Origin: Trichosphaerium sp. ATCC 40318 | Lineage: Eukaryota; Protista; Tubulinea | Assembly: GCA_038496445.1 (NCBI GenBank) | Contig: JALMLS010000377.1 | Location: 124,001 to 188,000, forward strand | Length of the DNA stretch: 64,000 nucleotides | Reading direction: 5' to 3' | In this document: one piece after another, positions 40,352 to 51,785 of the stretch | Numbering within the stretch: the first letter of the stretch is position 1 | Layout of the letters: every line of letters starts with the position of its first letter | The notes under the pieces: generated by a model | What the model saw: only the letters and a program-made list of their open reading frames with translations | Told to the model about the DNA's origin: nothing | Database searches by the model: none | Position numbers and translations under genes: made by a program

Positions 40352-42040
40352 ATGAAACCCTCCACAGAGGTTGAATACCCTCTATTGAAGGTGCCATACC
40401 AAAACGTACATAAATTGTACAAAACCACGACAAGAGGTATTGAAAAAGAGCTGGCGTCTATTACACGTGCGGTAGAGCAATTAAAGAAGGCCAAAAATAC
40501 AGTATCTCAAGCAGACTGCGCTAGAGCTTTTGCAAAACTACAGGCTAAATTAGAATCTTTGTATGAGAAGGTACATATGAGCGATGATGGTAGTTCATTA
40601 ACAATCTGAATCTGAAGCTTGATCGAGTTGACAACGAAGAGCTCAAACACTTACAAACATGCCAACAGCGTATTACACACCTCAACACCATGTGTGAAGA
40701 TGCCAACAAGTACGCAACCTGTAATTCCAGTTCACGCCTTTACACTTGCGTAGCAATTACTCTGCGTGGCATAAAACGAGACTGCATCGATTCTTATGCG
40801 AGTACATGTTTAGGTAATAAACGGTTTATCTAACAACGAGCTAACATTCGCCCAGGGAAGGGTACTACAACTCCGGGCACAAATTGGTGAACGACGAGAA
40901 TCTGCAGGTATGTGGAACAAACTTTTAAAAAAAATAAAACGATAAGCGTATAAACACTGGGAAACATCTCACTACGCGGTAGAAGCACTGAGCAATAATT
41001 TAGGGACTCGTTGATGTTGACGTCTTTCTATCAGCAAAATTGGTTGTACAATCTCTCAGAAATTATTCTTGCAAAGAAGCCCTTGCATGGTGCACTAAAA
41101 ACAAGACACAGCTTCAAAAATTAAACGTACGCAAAAAAAAAAACGGAAAAATTTATTTTACACTACAACCCACTCTAACGCGTATTTAGAGCTCTTTAGA
41201 ATTTGAACTACATATTCAAGAATTTATTGAGATGGTCCGTAAACGCAAACATATTGAAGTAAGATCATAAAAGACATTTTTCAATATTACCTTTTAACAT
41301 GAAATCAAAAGGCTGTAAATTACGCCAGGGAGTTCCTATCGCGCGATCAAAGTAATATGGGAAAGGTGCAACGCGCAATGGCCACGCTTGTAGCACCAGA
41401 TCACGAAGTGTATCAGGTAAACCGAAAAATGTGAATTCTCAACTGTTAAAATTTTATTGACGTTTTAAAAGGATTTATTCGCAATGACACGGTACAATGA
41501 ACTAGAAGATATGTTTAAACGCGACTTCTACGCTTTTCATGGACTGACACCTGAGGGTCAGTTGTCACTTACGCTTGAAGCTGGGCTATCATGTCTAAAA
41601 ACACAGTGCGTCTAACCAAATGAAAACTTGTGGAAGACTTGATCTAACTGACCACAATAGCAACTGCTACACAAAAGGGACACAAAATACAGATTGCCCA
41701 GTTTGTTATCCAATATACAATGAACTAGGTCGAGGTTTACCTCACTCTTATCACACAAATTCAACCCTCTTGTGTCCTATATCTGGCATGGTACAAATAT
41801 TATGAACCCTCCACAGCCTGACATGTTGATAGGTTATGGATGATCAAAATCCACCTTTAGTTTTACCTAACGGTCACGCATACAGCCGAAACGTACGACC
41901 TTGTTTCTTCGCTTATACTTTCTTACACACTCCAGGCGTTAAAAAAAATGGAAGCAAACAGCCCAGACGCAAAGATAACTTGTCCAAAAACTGGTACAAG
42001 ATACCCACTGTCAAAATGCAAAAAGCTTCACATTATGTAA
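40352..42040 (+). CDS. MAEA: MAEA/Fyv10 (GID/CTLH E3 ligase subunit)
   Basis: EYPLLKVPY, LisH/CTLH (EALAWCTKNK, LEFELHIQEFIEMVR), AGLSCLKT, CPVC...LPHSYH..STL.CPISG..MDDQNPPLVLPNG. Confidence 0.88.
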
Positions 42041-42206
42041 CAAAAAAAAGCCGAAGTGCACCTGACACTTGTAAATAGTAATAAAAATAAACCTTAGACC
42101 TCTGGTGCCGACATAAACAACTTGACAAGGAAAATCAATACAAAAAAAAAGAAACTGATTTCTTGCTGGCAGTCACATAAAGTCGCTATTAGTATTCTTC
42201 CTAACA

Positions 42207-43271
42207 ATGCTTACGTCAAGAGTGTTGCGTGTGGTGCGCACCACTCCAGAAAGGATTACTACACAATCACAGCGCCAAAAGCGTTTTTACGTAGCACCAA
42301 AGAATAAGAATATGGGTACGTATGGGCGTTTTAATCATGCGTTACATACGCAACTGGCTTGAAACTGTTTATTTTTACTGATTACGGTTTAGAGAACGCT
42401 CGTAAGTGGGTTGAGAAGAACATACAATCAAGAATGGGCTTTTTCTTTAATATGGGTAAAGATGTAAACCCTGACAGAGATTACCGCGTCAAACCAAAGG
42501 ATATCCTTCCTAGCCAACACGCCGAGCTATTGCCTGAAAAATCAAAGTACTCCTCATAAAACCTCCAACTGAACTCTAAAACGCTTTAGATATGATTTAA
42601 TCGCTGATAAAACAAAGCCAATCCGCCGAGCACACGAACGTCTTGAAGCAGGTTTAGACGCTGTCCCATTACTACCAGTAAACGACGACGCACGCGTTGA
42701 TATTAAAAACGCTTATTTCCACATGCAATCAGTGGATGAATGGCCAGAATACTACCCAGAAAACACGTTCTCGAGAATGGGCTACACAGCAATTGAAGAT
42801 AACCCTCATGATGATTACGGCTCTATAGTATCAGACGAAGACTACGAGCTAAACAAAGCTATTAATATGCCTCAAGATATCCAACAAGGTGGTATCGGAG
42901 ATATGGAATTAGCAATTAATCAGTACAAGAATGTTAAACAGAATTTCGCTGTTCCACCTCCTCCTTCAATGCCTGAACGTTGGCAATTATATGATAAGGT
43001 ATGGGAGGTACATAAATTGAGATATCTACTCCAACGACGTGAAGAAAAACGCTGTGTATTACCGGGTAGTGAGCATCAATGGATGGACGATTATTGCTAC
43101 GGCGATAAAATACCTGAGTACACGTACAAGATGAAGCCTGTTCACAATATTATTGAAGATGCCGCTCTTGGTACTGAGAGAGGAGAGGCTCCTCAAGCTT
43201 TGCGTACACCAGAACTTGAAGCTGTTGCTAGTTATGCTAGACGCAAGAGTACTAAAGAAGCAGAAGAGTAA
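42207..43271 (+). CDS. hypothetical protein with mitochondrial-type Arg-rich N-terminus
   Basis: MLTSRVLRVVRTTPERITTQSQRQKRFY start, two introns, long open final exon. Confidence 0.55.
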
Positions 43272-43567
43272 GGAGGGTTTTTACAAACAAAAAAAATACA
43301 ACAATATTTTCTCTTATCAAACAACCAATGCACATTAAAAAACCCCAACCACAGACTCTCTCTTGGTATATAATCTGAAAAACCAAAAAAAAAACAAGAC
43401 CAAACAACTACATGTTACACGTGTTACTTATTAAAATAAAACCTTAAAACAACTTTATTCTTGTGCAGTATTATTTATTAACAAACAAACAAAGAACTTT
43501 GGACAAAAATCGCCTTTTTACTTTATGTACAACAAAGGCTACATGAAAAAAATTCTCCAAAAAACAA

Positions 43568-46500
43568 TCACCATCTATTATTTCCACCACTGTTTCGTCG
43601 ACCACCACGACCACGACCACCTCGGCCTCCACCACGACCACCACGTCCGCCATGGTTTCTATTACCGTGTCCTCCGCGATCTCTTCCACCACGGTCTCTT
43701 CCACCGCGACCACCACGTCCTCCACGCCCACCGCGTCCTCCGCCGCGGCCGCGATTTCTATTATTATAGTAGTCTCTTTGTGGCCCACCACCGTACTGGT
43801 GGTTACCATTTCCTTGTTGTCCATTTCTTTGAAAATTGTTCGTGTTATTTACATGCCCACCATGCGATCTGTAATTCCCATTATTGTTATATCCTCCATT
43901 ATTATTGTTGTGACCGCCTTGATTACGTCCTTGGTTATTATTATGACCCTGATTGTGTCCACTATTTGCATAAGGATTCATAGCATTTTGTTGAGCGTTA
44001 TTATTATAACCGCCCTGCATTGGGTTATAACCAGTGTTAGGTTGCTTCATTGCCAGGTTTCCGAGTGCTGGATTACTTAGAACATCAGCCAAGCTTCCAA
44101 GAGCAGCTGGATCTAAAGCGCCACCATTAAACCCGCTGAGAGACCGTTGTAATGAGTTGAGCAAGTTGGCATCAATATTCAAGCCAGCTGCTGCAGCAAG
44201 AGGATTTGGTACAGGTGGTTGATACCCTGTGTTGTTAACGGCAGGTATAGGAGCAGGATTAGGCACTTGAGGATTCCACGTAGACCTAACAGTAGGCGAG
44301 CCTGAAACACTGAATTTTGAAGCTGTTACTGGCGCTACTGGTGGGACGACTGGTTTAGGTTGTTCTGTACCAGTAATTAGTACCATAAGCAACTTATTGG
44401 TGCCATCATGCTCAAATACATCTTGAACAATAGACGGTACAGAATCTGTTGTTGCTAGAGGTAAAACAAAAACTTCTCTAAAGTTTCCAGGATTTGGCGT
44501 TGGAATTGTGAGTACAGCTGCACGTTTAGCGCTTTTGAAGTGTTCAAAGAATGCATCGTAGGTTTTTCGGTTTTTAACATCTGCTGGTTCTAACTGGAGC
44601 ATAGATCGTCGTCTAGACTTTGAAAAGTCCAGTTGTGGTAAATAAGAAATAACCTACATACACGTTAAGTCATGTTTCAAAAAAGAGCAAAGATTGGACT
44701 TAAGATAATCGAAGTGCGTACCTCGCGAATTGCAGAGCGATAGGCCACTGTGAGTTGTTTTGGTAAAAAAGCAGCTACTTTATCGCCATTGAGAAAATAA
44801 CCATTGACGCGTAGATCCAATGTTATTTTTTCTTTCGAATCGCTCTGGTATGTGTGGATGATGCTTCCATTCCAAGCATGTTGTTTTTGCTTTTTTGGTT
44901 TCCGCTTCTTCTTTTTTTTCGGCTCGTCTTTGTCTTTATCGTCTTCAGCATTGGATGTGAGCATAGAAGCCGTTGCATCATCGTCTTCAGACATAGACGA
45001 GAAGAGACTCTCGCCCAAGCCTCCGGACTCTCTAAGGCTGGCTGAAGTATCTAACGAGTCACGCAGCTGCTCTACACTAGGTTCATCGTCTTCTTTGATC
45101 TCCAAAGTCATCTTTGTCGGAGTTTTCTGCATTGGTTGAGGTGAAGGCTCAATAGCATCCAGATCAGGTTCTAGAAGAATAGATTTAGAAAAAGGAAAAA
45201 TCAGAAAGTTAGAATAGAATTCTTGTTCTACAAAAAACGAACCTGGCTCATCCGGCTTTGGCTGTGGCCTTGCTTCCCTCATAGGTAAGCTCACTACAGT
45301 AGTTTCAGTCATGCTAACCAAGCCCTTGCTTGTTTTTTTCACCTAGTACGGTTTTAGTTACCTGTTCGTGTTTTTTTTTTGTATTGTTTTTTTTTTCTTA
45401 TTTTAATTGTTGTACGCCGTTATCTTTTGTTACTATCATGTAAATGTGCGACTTTTTTTTTTTTGGGATAAAAAATAACGTTGAGACAAATCATGACGTT
45501 CGCGATAGTCAAAAGAACGACTTCTTCGACAGTAAGTTTACAAAAACTTACTATAACATCATCTTCTTTTTTCTTTACAATGGAGCTCATCAGCTCTGAG
45601 TTGCGTGTTTCACGATACGAAGCCAATTCTTCATTGGCCAAATCCTTAGTATCTAACCGAACAAGCGTCTTTGCATCCAACTGGAGGCCTCTTGTTAGCT
45701 GATTGATTCCAAAAAAAAAAATTAAATAATTACCTCTGCTGTAAGTAATCGCCTGCGCAATGATGTATTCCTCTTATCATTCAAGTTCATAGCGATTGAA
45801 CGCCACTTGAGCTAAAAAATCTTGTCAGAAGAAGTTTTTTTTTTTTTTTCGCAAGTAAAGCACTAACCCTGTACTCGCTGCCAATAGAACCATCAAACAA
45901 CAAGAACAGTGCTTCTTCTATCTCCTTGGCAACCTCGTCTGGAGTCTTGACTGTATTTGTTAAACCCTCAGCATGTGCTTTTCTCAGACCACTAGCCAAA
46001 CGCTCAGTGAGCTTGTCACGCATTTTTCGTAGTTTAGCAAGCTATCATGTGTCAACATAAAATAACGGTTACAAAAGGCGTGTCTACCTCTGCCTTTTTC
46101 TTTTGCTCACGCTCCTTGGTGCGCAGTCTTTCTCTACTCTCGCGTCGATCTCTTTCAGCCTTTTCACGACGCTCTCGCTCTTGTCTACGCTTTCTTCTAC
46201 GTTGTTCATCGTACTTTCTAATAGGGATTTTGAGTAAGACATTTATAAAACACGTTTGATGTTCAACGTACGAAGACGACGAGCTGAGTGAGTTTTGTCG
46301 CATTGCCTCTTGTTTTCTCAACCTATCAAATTCCATTCTTGCGCGTTTACTTCGGCTGGTTGCCCTGCTTTCAGTGCTTTCTCGTTTGCGCTTTAGCGTG
46401 TCTTGTTCGTGCATAACGCTTCTTTCACCTACAATAAAAAAAATTAGTTGTACTGGTAGCCAGCGAAATAGGTATAAGCTACATGCCTTTCTCTTCGCAT

Positions 46501-46901
46501 TTTGGGCACACCCATTTGCGGTAACGTTTGGCTGCTAGCCTCGACACATTTATACAACGGCCATGATACCAGTCTTCGCACACGTCACAACCAATCATAA
46601 ATGTGCCGTCATCTTTGCCCTGACATATACAATACAGGTTCGAGTCATTTGGGTCCCCACTCTCATCAGACTACACACTTACGTAAGGTTTTTGTAAAAA
46701 CATGGGATAAAAAGGTGAGGGCTGATTTTATGCTTCAATACTATGAAAATTCAAAACAGCATTATTTATACAACATAAGGGTATTCACTCTTTTTTATTT
46801 CTTTGTAAGAAAAACCCTTCAAGATTTGTAGAGAGGCCACAAAAAACGGTAATTCTTGCGGTTAGCCTTACGGAATCAGAAACATAATCTACAGAATTCA
46901 T
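43568..46901 (-). CDS. PHD + TFIIS-central + SPOC protein (Bye1/DIDO/PHF3-like) with C-terminal N-rich and RGG tail
   Basis: PHD LYCICQGKDDGTFMIGCDVCEDWYHGRC...WVCPKC; TFIIS-M AKEIEEALF...DLANEEL; SPOC AWNGSI...FFEHFKSAKRAAV; start approximate. Confidence 0.82.
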
Positions 46902-47144
46902 CTGGTATGCATAGACACACTTCTCTTTGCTTTTTGTACTTTTTTTTAATCAGTAGAAATGACTTGCGGTTTTTTTTGGATGATTTTCACGTTTCGGTCA
47001 AACTATCCGTTTTTGTAAAGCGTAGTGTACGGTGGCGAATCGAGGAGTAGTTTGGTGACATGCAACTGAAACTAGAATATACTTTTATCGTATTTATTCA
47101 TTTTCTTTTTTTCTATGGTTCCACTGATTTTGTTCAGTATTTTA

Positions 47145-49700
47145 CTACATTTTGTCCCTACTACGGGAGTGTTTTGACGTTCTTTTTCGAAGTGCGGTAA
47201 GCATTTCCGTTGTGAGACCCTGTGTCAATCCTTTTGCAGGTACAACCGGCATCTCAGCGTCGTGTAAATTCTCAAGATCACTGACAATCATTGTAAAAGT
47301 GCCTCTGTCTTCAGGTGTATAACAGAAGCACCGCTTCATAATGCCAGCAAGTATTGGCACATTAGTAGGTCGTGGTAACGACGTCTTACGCTCATGTACA
47401 GCGAGTACAGCTTTTAATCGATCTACAACAAAAAACTTGTTAAAAAAAAAACACGTTTAGCATGTGGGTTATTAGTCACCTGAGATCCAGAAATACGGTA
47501 TATTTCGGTACAGAATCTCGAACAATACAACACCAAACATCCATACCTATAACGCATTACACCTCAATAATGACAGTCAATTACGTACGTCACTGTAACG
47601 TGAGAATTGCCGTTGTCCTGTTTCTTCTTCTTCAAATATCGTTTCGGGTGCCTAAATGTGTCAAAATGACGATCAAGCTGGTTCATGTACCATCCATCTT
47701 AATGGTCCTTCATCTTGCAATGTCATTTGCTTTGAAGCCCCACCAATATGTCTTGCATATCCAAAATCTGTAATCTTAATATTGAAGTCTTTACTTAACT
47801 AACAAAACAAGTAAGTAAAATGTTTTTCAAAAGTATGAACACTTTGAGACATACCAATACATCTAAAAATCTAGTTATTTACGCATCTTAAAACTAACGT
47901 CTAATATCAGAATAGTATCAGTATCATAAGAATAGTAGGTGGTTTCAATTTTTCGTACACTTCGTGCTGCTAAATCACGATGACAAACACCTTCACAGTG
48001 CAAGTGCATCATTCCTAAAGAAATAAAAATGTTTGTATTTGTTTTTCAAGTGAAACCCATTAAATTATTGTTTACCTGCTGCAACACCTTTTATAATACG
48101 TAACGCATGAGCGCTAGGTATATCATTTTCACTATCAACTAATTGACTGAGGTCTCCGCCTTCAACAAGCTCAGTGACCATAAGTAATTCTTCTCCTTCA
48201 GTAATACCACCTAAAAACTGTACAATATTCGGATGAGGCCGAATCTCACTAGTGGACAAAGTTAATTGGGCTAATCAGAAAGGAAAAAAATAGAATAAAT
48301 TTCTCGTTCCTTTTTTTGGAACGTTGAAAGAAAATTTAACTGACACTCTTCATGGAATGTAAAAAAATTAAAAAACTTCTCAGTGTAGAGCTTTGATATT
48401 GTTTCGCTTGCCTGAGTTGTAGAATTTCAGTCCGAAATTCATCCATAAGTTCTGATGAGTGAAGTGTCCTTGAAGAAATTTGAAGTTTCTTCATAGCAAC
48501 AACTGAGCCTCTCCAAGATCCACGGTACACTATACCATAACTACCTCTGGACAACTCTTCACGTGTATCAACCTCATCATGACTTATCTCCCACCTCATT
48601 TTAATGTCTAGTGATGTCTCTTTGAGTTTAGATACCAGCTGTTTTACTTGTTCTGATTGATTCTCAGATTGCTTTACCAATGCATCATTCTCTTTAACAA
48701 CATTCGAATACTTCTCCGTAAAATAATTCTTTAATGTATCCATCTTCTTTTCTAACCTTGCAATAGTAGCCTTATGTTGTTTATTCTCTTCCATCACTGA
48801 ATGTAACTTAATTGTAACGTTCTTAAGTTTATTGCTTGGCGCTAAAGTAACTTCTTGTGATCCGGGTCGTTGCATAGGAATATGTAAAGAAACTGGTTCG
48901 TCTGCTTGTACAAGTGTATTGCCTTGAACCAAAAGCGTTGTTTTATGAACACCACTATGTGTAGATGCCCTAGGCTTTGATGCTAGTTTAATAGACGTGC
49001 GTTGTGGTATTAGTGTTTCAGCTCTTCCTTTCCGCTTCATAGAAGCTCGTGACGCGTGTTTTAAAATTGATGCCAGTTCGCTCCAAGTTTTACTATTTCA
49101 CCAGTAAGAGATGAACGTCACTCAAGTGACAAAAGAAGACAGAAAAAAAGAAAAACGAGTAAAGTAATCATAATAATATCATTAAAATCGGCAAGCGTTG
49201 AGGTAGGTTATAACGCCACCAGAGAGGTCTTCGATGTTTTTTTTTTGTTGAAGAAATACTTTGTTTTAATACCCTTTTTCTGATGTCGGATCATGTCGCT
49301 CTGCTAGTGCCTTGGCGAATTCAGGCGCATTTAGGTCTTTAAACTAAAGTAGGGTTTAGGCAAAATGTCTATAAATGTAAAAAGGCTTTGACTTGTTTTA
49401 ATAGAACCAATGATTTTGATTTCAGTGTTTATGTATGCGTACCACCCCTTCTTGAATAGTTGCTGTTGAGCTTGCACCGTACGTCAGTAATAGTTTTACA
49501 AACTTGGCTTGACCCTTCGCAACAGCTGTGTGGAGCAGTGTCATACCAAATTTCTGTAATTGTTTTAGTTCTAGCGCAGAAAACGACACTGCTAGTACGT
49601 ATTTGGTATTCACTATCTCTGGGCTTCGTCGGAGTGCAGCTTCAAGCTCTATGAACCTATCATGCACTATATACAACGGATACTCTCCTACATTGGTCAT
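47145..49700 (-). CDS. ankyrin + coiled-coil + tyrosine-kinase-like protein kinase
   Basis: Ankyrin GMTLLHTAVAKG; kinase GSYGIVYRG, VAMKKL, HPNIVQFLG, HRDLAARNVL, ITDFG, GPLRWMAPE. Confidence 0.88.
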
Positions 49701-50016
49701 ACTGGACCAACGCGTGTATGAGTTGGATTTTTTGGCGTATTTAACACCTCACGGTAAAAGGGTTTAGCGTAATTTTGTGCATACACTAAATTAAAGTTAA
49801 TTAATGCTACCAATGCCCAAACGCACCAAATAGAGTTGGGCTACCAAGTTGTAATTGCTAAATGACTTTTTGTGACTCGCAATCATTAATGTAAAAACCG
49901 CTATTCACTGAGACTAGACAGACTCATCACGCTCAATCGTATACGCGTTATTTCGCTACGACGGTTGTAGCGTTGGTAATGCAATAAAAATAACACTATA
50001 TTACAGTTATTCACAT

Positions 50017-50823
50017 TTATCGTGTCCTTTGAACCAGCACACGCTTTGCTTCAGCCAATTGGTTCTCTAGTGTCAATACAAATATTTTCATCCTAAACGC
50101 TTGACTGTAAAGTGCATCATTACTTGTCTCTGTGTAACTATCCTCCTCTAGGGACGCGACTAGGTTGTCCAAATCCTTTACCTTCTCCCGTAGTAAGTCC
50201 ACCGTTAATTGCAATCGCTTTACTTTGAGGACATCACTACACGTGTGAGGAATAGTGTTTAAAGCGTGTGGTACCTATTATGCTCATGTTTTGAACAAAC
50301 AGACAAACTTCTAACATGTCGACGAGTTCGGGGTGAAGCATGAACACTGGGATCGTCACTGTGTATTCTCTTCAATTTATGAGCGCGTTGGCGAGCTTTT
50401 TTAACTATAGGCTTCTCGACAATGTCATCTATTGACCGGACAAGCTGTTTTTCTGCCATATCTATTAACTGTTATATTTTGTTCACCTTTGTTATTGTTT
50501 ATCGCCTACATACCTTCTGTTTGTTTTAGTTCTGGTGTTGCGGAAGTACTGATAGCGGGGACTTCGTTTATAGGCTTCGGTGATGCTAGTAAGTGGCTGT
50601 TAATCCAATAGAACCAATTATGAAAAAAAAATCACGTGCTTTTTGTATTTGACGCTTGTTCCGTCGTTGTGACTTGAACGGAGCTGTAGTTTATAACTGC
50701 AGGAAGCTTTTCTCTTCGTGTAGCATTTTTCGTTCCATTATCGTCAAGCAATGGTCTCTTTAAGCTTGTGTATATGTACCTAGCGAAAGCAAACGTAACA
50801 AGGAGAGCGATGCAGTTACCCAT
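50017..50823 (-). CDS. small hypothetical protein (N-terminal hydrophobic segment, C-terminal coiled coil)
   Basis: Collinear ORF fragments from MGNCIALLV to EAKRVLVQRTR* with intron-like gaps. Confidence 0.45.
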
Positions 50824-51376
50824 TCTTTTTTAGGCGAATAATGATCACCTTGAACCACATATCTTTGATTTGTTAAATAGACTAATGCACAAGAACTCCT
50901 ACGAACGTGATTGTATTTTAAACGTTGTATAGAGCGTCATTGTGAAAGCTTGCTGTGTATTTTTTTGTGTTATGGCGTGATGGCATGTTTGTTGTTTATT
51001 GAGCGTAAGGAGATTGTGGTGGGTAGAATAGATATAATAACACTTCTATATCAAAGTAGCAGTAATTGTCGTTGTTTGGAACTTTAGTAGCAGTGTCTGT
51101 TTCGTTTGAACTTTCGTGTTGAACGAACAGTGCTTGACTTGACACAACTTATTTTCAACGACAAACACGGCCACGCAGTTGCGGCAAAGACTGCAAATAA
51201 TAAAATACGCTTTTCTTGGCGATACAATGCGGCTCAAGGTATGCATTCACTTGGCACAATGGTAGCGTTTTGTTTCTCTACTGCACTGCAGGCGTAGCCA
51301 TGGTATGTAATTCCAAAACCTGGTGAGTGTACTGGATTTGGGGTCCACAAAAAGAAGTTGTCCTTCAAAGGCATTA

Positions 51377-51541
51377 GTTCAAAAAACAAATTTATGTTTG
51401 AAACTCCTCCTCCGGGAATCGAACCCGGGTTGGCAACGTGACAGGCTACCGTGCTAAACCACTACACTAAGGAGGATGCGCTTATAAACATCAGAGCACA
51501 TGTGGTCACGCAGTCAGGAAAGCGAAGAAAGGTAAGTGAGC
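51377..51541 (-). repeat. inverted duplicate (copy A) of the ~165-bp tRNA-Asp locus
   Basis: Reverse complement matches 56050-56211, including about 60 bp upstream and 26 bp downstream of the tRNA. Confidence 0.9.
51404..51476 (-). tRNA. tRNA-Asp(GTC)
   Basis: TCCTCCT/AGGAGGA acceptor, G73, anticodon loop CT-GTC-AC, GGTTCGATTCC T arm; identical to the copy at 56113-56185. Confidence 0.93.
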
Positions 51542-51785
51542 ACGTGGTGCTATCGTATGTGTTTATGTCAAAATCTTTAGTTTTGCTTTTCTTTTTGATG
51601 TCGCTACTACAATACTCTTGTCTTTTCATGAAATCAATAAAGTACATTGTAACACTTTTATTACCACCTAACAGCTCCACATTGCTATGTACAAAACACA
51701 TTTTAGAAAAAATCAAAAGTTGTGCTACAAACACACAAAATTTGTGAAATGGTTGTACAACTCTATGGACAACTAGTGTGGTTAT

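Noticed and set aside
43471-44080. Overlapping His-rich and Val-rich ORFs in other frames
   Set aside because: Shadow frames of the low-complexity RGG/N-rich coding sequence.
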